A stretch of 32,000 nt of DNA, taken from positions 90,001-122,000 of the forward strand of contig NZ_FUWK01000004.1 of the NCBI RefSeq assembly GCF_900167395.1, read 5' to 3'. Below are positions 30,310 through 32,000 of this stretch, piece after piece. The DNA comes from Nitrosomonas europaea (GTDB taxonomy: Bacteria; Pseudomonadota; Gammaproteobacteria; Burkholderiales; Nitrosomonadaceae). The notes under the pieces are model-generated. The model saw nothing but the letters and a program-made list of their open reading frames with translations, was not told the origin of the DNA and did no database searches. The stretch's first letter is position 1. Every line of letters begins with the position of its first letter. The translations under genes and the position numbers were made by a program.

Positions 30310-31464
30310 ATGCCCAAATCACGACGGCTACTTCGCATAGCAGGCATTGCACTGGTGATTGCTGCAACAGGCTCTACCACCTGGTATCTGACTCGAAGCG
30401 CCCCTCAGGAAGTCGAACTGGTCACCGTCAGTCGCGGTACCGTCGAAGCCACCGTGGTCAATACCCGCGCCGGTACCATCAAAGCATGCCGACGTGCCAA
30501 ATTATCGCCGGCAGCCGGCGGCCAGGTCATCCACCTGCAAATCAGGGAAGGCGATCGGGTCAAAGAAGGCCAGATTCTGCTCGAATTGTGGAATGCCGAT
30601 TTGCAGGCACAGTACGATCTCTCCCGGCAGCAGCTTGCCACTGCTGAAAGCCGGCAGCGTGAAACCTGTATTCTGGCCGGGAATGCACAGCGTGAATCTG
30701 TTCGCACTCAGCAGCTGGTAGAAAAAGGATTCGTCAGCTCACAACGTGCCGATGAGGCTGATGCCACGGCCAAAGCTCAGCAGGCCGCCTGCACTGCCGC
30801 AGCAGCCGAAGTCAAACGGGCTCATGCACAGATTGCCGTCAGCCAGGCCAATCTCGAACGCACCCGGCTCATTGCACCCTTTTCCGGCGTCGTTGCGCAG
30901 ATTACCGGGGAACTGGGTGAATACGTTACCCCTTCTCCTCCGGGAATTCCCACTCCTCCGGCAGTCGATCTGATCGATGATTCCTGTTTGTATGTGAGTG
31001 CCCCGATGGATGAAGTCGATGCTCCTAAAATCCGCATAGGACAAACTGCACGTATTACGCTGGATGCCCTACCCGACCAGGTTTTTGACGGAAAAATACG
31101 CCGGATTGCTCCCTATGTGACTGAAATCGAGAAACAGGCACGCACGGTGGATGTGGAAGCAGAATTTGTCAATCCCACTCAGGCTGTTCTGCTGGTAGGC
31201 TATAGCGCTGATATCGAAGCCATCATCGATCAGCGTGAAAACGTGCTGCGTATTCCCACCCAGGTCATCCGTCAGGACAACAAAGTATGGGTGCTGGGCC
31301 AGGATGACACGCTCGAGGAACGCACTTTGAAAACAGGGTTGGCCAATTGGGCCTATTCCGAAGTGCTCGAAGGACTGTCAGAAGGAGATCAGGTGCTGCT
31401 GTCCAGCGATAATGGAAAAATCACAGCCGGCACCCGCGTCATTCCCAAACCACCGCAGCCATGA
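30310..31464 (+). CDS. Efflux periplasmic adaptor (HlyD/MacA-like membrane fusion protein)
   Basis: 384 aa with an N-terminal TM anchor (LLRIAGIALVIAATGSTTWYL), a lipoyl/barrel motif, a coiled-coil segment (QAQYDLSRQQLATAE..), and C-terminal beta-barrel motifs (IAPFSGVVAQ, VLRIPTQVI). Confidence 0.85.
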   Translation: MPKSRRLLRIAGIALVIAATGSTTWYLTRSAPQEVELVTVSRGTVEATVVNTRAGTIKACRRAKLSPAAGGQVIHLQIREGDRVKEGQILLELWNADLQAQYDLSRQQLATAESRQRETCILAGNAQRESVRTQQLVEKGFVSSQRADEADATAKAQQAACTAAAAEVKRAHAQIAVSQANLERTRLIAPFSGVVAQITGELGEYVTPSPPGIPTPPAVDLIDDSCLYVSAPMDEVDAPKIRIGQTARITLDALPDQVFDGKIRRIAPYVTEIEKQARTVDVEAEFVNPTQAVLLVGYSADIEAIIDQRENVLRIPTQVIRQDNKVWVLGQDDTLEERTLKTGLANWAYSEVLEGLSEGDQVLLSSDNGKITAGTRVIPKPPQP

Positions 31465-32000
31465 TACAGCTCTCCGGCATCACCCGTATTTTCCACATGG
31501 GTGATCAGGCCATCCATGCGCTCGATCATATCGACCTGACGATCGAATCTGGCGAATACGTTTCCATCATGGGGCCTTCCGGATCAGGTAAATCAACCTT
31601 ACTGAATGTCATCGGACTGCTGGACCGGCCTGACAGCGGGCATTATCTGCTCGACGGCAGGAATGTCACTGATCTGTCGGAAACCGAACAGGCACAGGTA
31701 CGCAGGGAGAAAATCGGTTTCGTTTTTCAATCCTTTCATCTGATCCCCCGGCTGACCGCAGCAGAAAACATCGAGCTCCCCCTGATACTGACCGGCATGC
31801 CGCCTGCAGATCGCAAGATACGTATCATGGAAACCCTGCAGGCATTCAATCTGAGTGATCGCGCACATCATCGTCCGGCTGAACTGTCCGGCGGGCAACG
31901 CCAGCGCGTCGCCATTGCACGGGCCACCATTCTGCGTCCCACTGCGCTGCTGGCGGATGAACCGACCGGTAACCTGGATCATCGTATCGGCTCGGAAGTC
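31461..32000 (+). CDS. ABC transporter ATP-binding protein/domain (MacB/LolD-like), 3' end outside the window
   Basis: This ORF is absent from the ORF track because it has no stop codon in the window. Its ATG at 31461 overlaps the adaptor stop (ATGA). The translation MIQLSGITRIFHMGDQAIHALDHIDLTIESGEYVSIMGPSGSGKSTLLN..LSGGQRQRVAIARA..LLADEPTGNLD shows Walker A, the ABC signature and Walker B. Confidence 0.9.
   Translation, partial: MIQLSGITRIFHMGDQAIHALDHIDLTIESGEYVSIMGPSGSGKSTLLNVIGLLDRPDSGHYLLDGRNVTDLSETEQAQVRREKIGFVFQSFHLIPRLTAAENIELPLILTGMPPADRKIRIMETLQAFNLSDRAHHRPAELSGGQRQRVAIARATILRPTALLADEPTGNLDHRIGSEV

Overview
The window is 32 kb of a moderately low-GC proteobacterial chromosome. I hand-counted GC on two 60-nt sample lines only: 45% in the host (line 9241) and 75% in the transposon (line 13381). 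The figures 'mid-40s to ~50%' for the host and 'above 60%' for the transposon used below are rough extrapolations from these.

Host backbone, left side: cysB (3' part), cysJ, cysI, a Tat-exported transglutaminase-like protein, a carboxylesterase, a VIT-family transporter, sixA and a polysaccharide deacetylase. Host backbone, right side: hrpA, a PaaI-type thioesterase, a class-I DAHP synthase, a membrane MutS-like ATPase, DUF2062, and a MacA/MacB-like efflux pair whose ABC gene runs off the window.

Between the deacetylase and hrpA lies a ~13 kb accessory segment (about 9.1-22.3 kb). In order it contains:
- a membrane-anchored NERD (PD-(D/E)xK) ORF whose stop codon is 2 nt from a CRISPR array;
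- the array itself (9 identical 37-nt repeats, 8 spacers, transcribed on the minus strand);
- a leader, cas2, and a cas1 lacking its 5' portion;
- an 8,639-bp high-GC Tn21-subgroup (Tn3-family) mercury-resistance transposon, organised as IR-merR, merOP, merT-P-C-A-D-E, urf2 (EAL), res, tnpR, tnpA-IR;
- a cas3 lacking its 3' end.

Main result: the two transposon ends sit in two different cas genes and their 5-bp flanks do not match. The element has therefore replaced the type I-C interference genes (cas5/cas8c/cas7/cas4) through a transposition-associated deletion rather than a simple insertion.

Secondary points:
- the transposon's EAL phosphodiesterase carries a C-X20-C-X3-C (TRASH-like) cysteine tail and is translationally coupled to merE;
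- the junctions create chimeric ORFs;
- the array has an undegenerated terminal repeat abutting the NERD gene;
- a MutS-like protein lacks a mismatch-binding domain and has two transmembrane helices.

I recognised no rRNA or tRNA genes. All homology statements come from reading the translations by eye; no database search was run.
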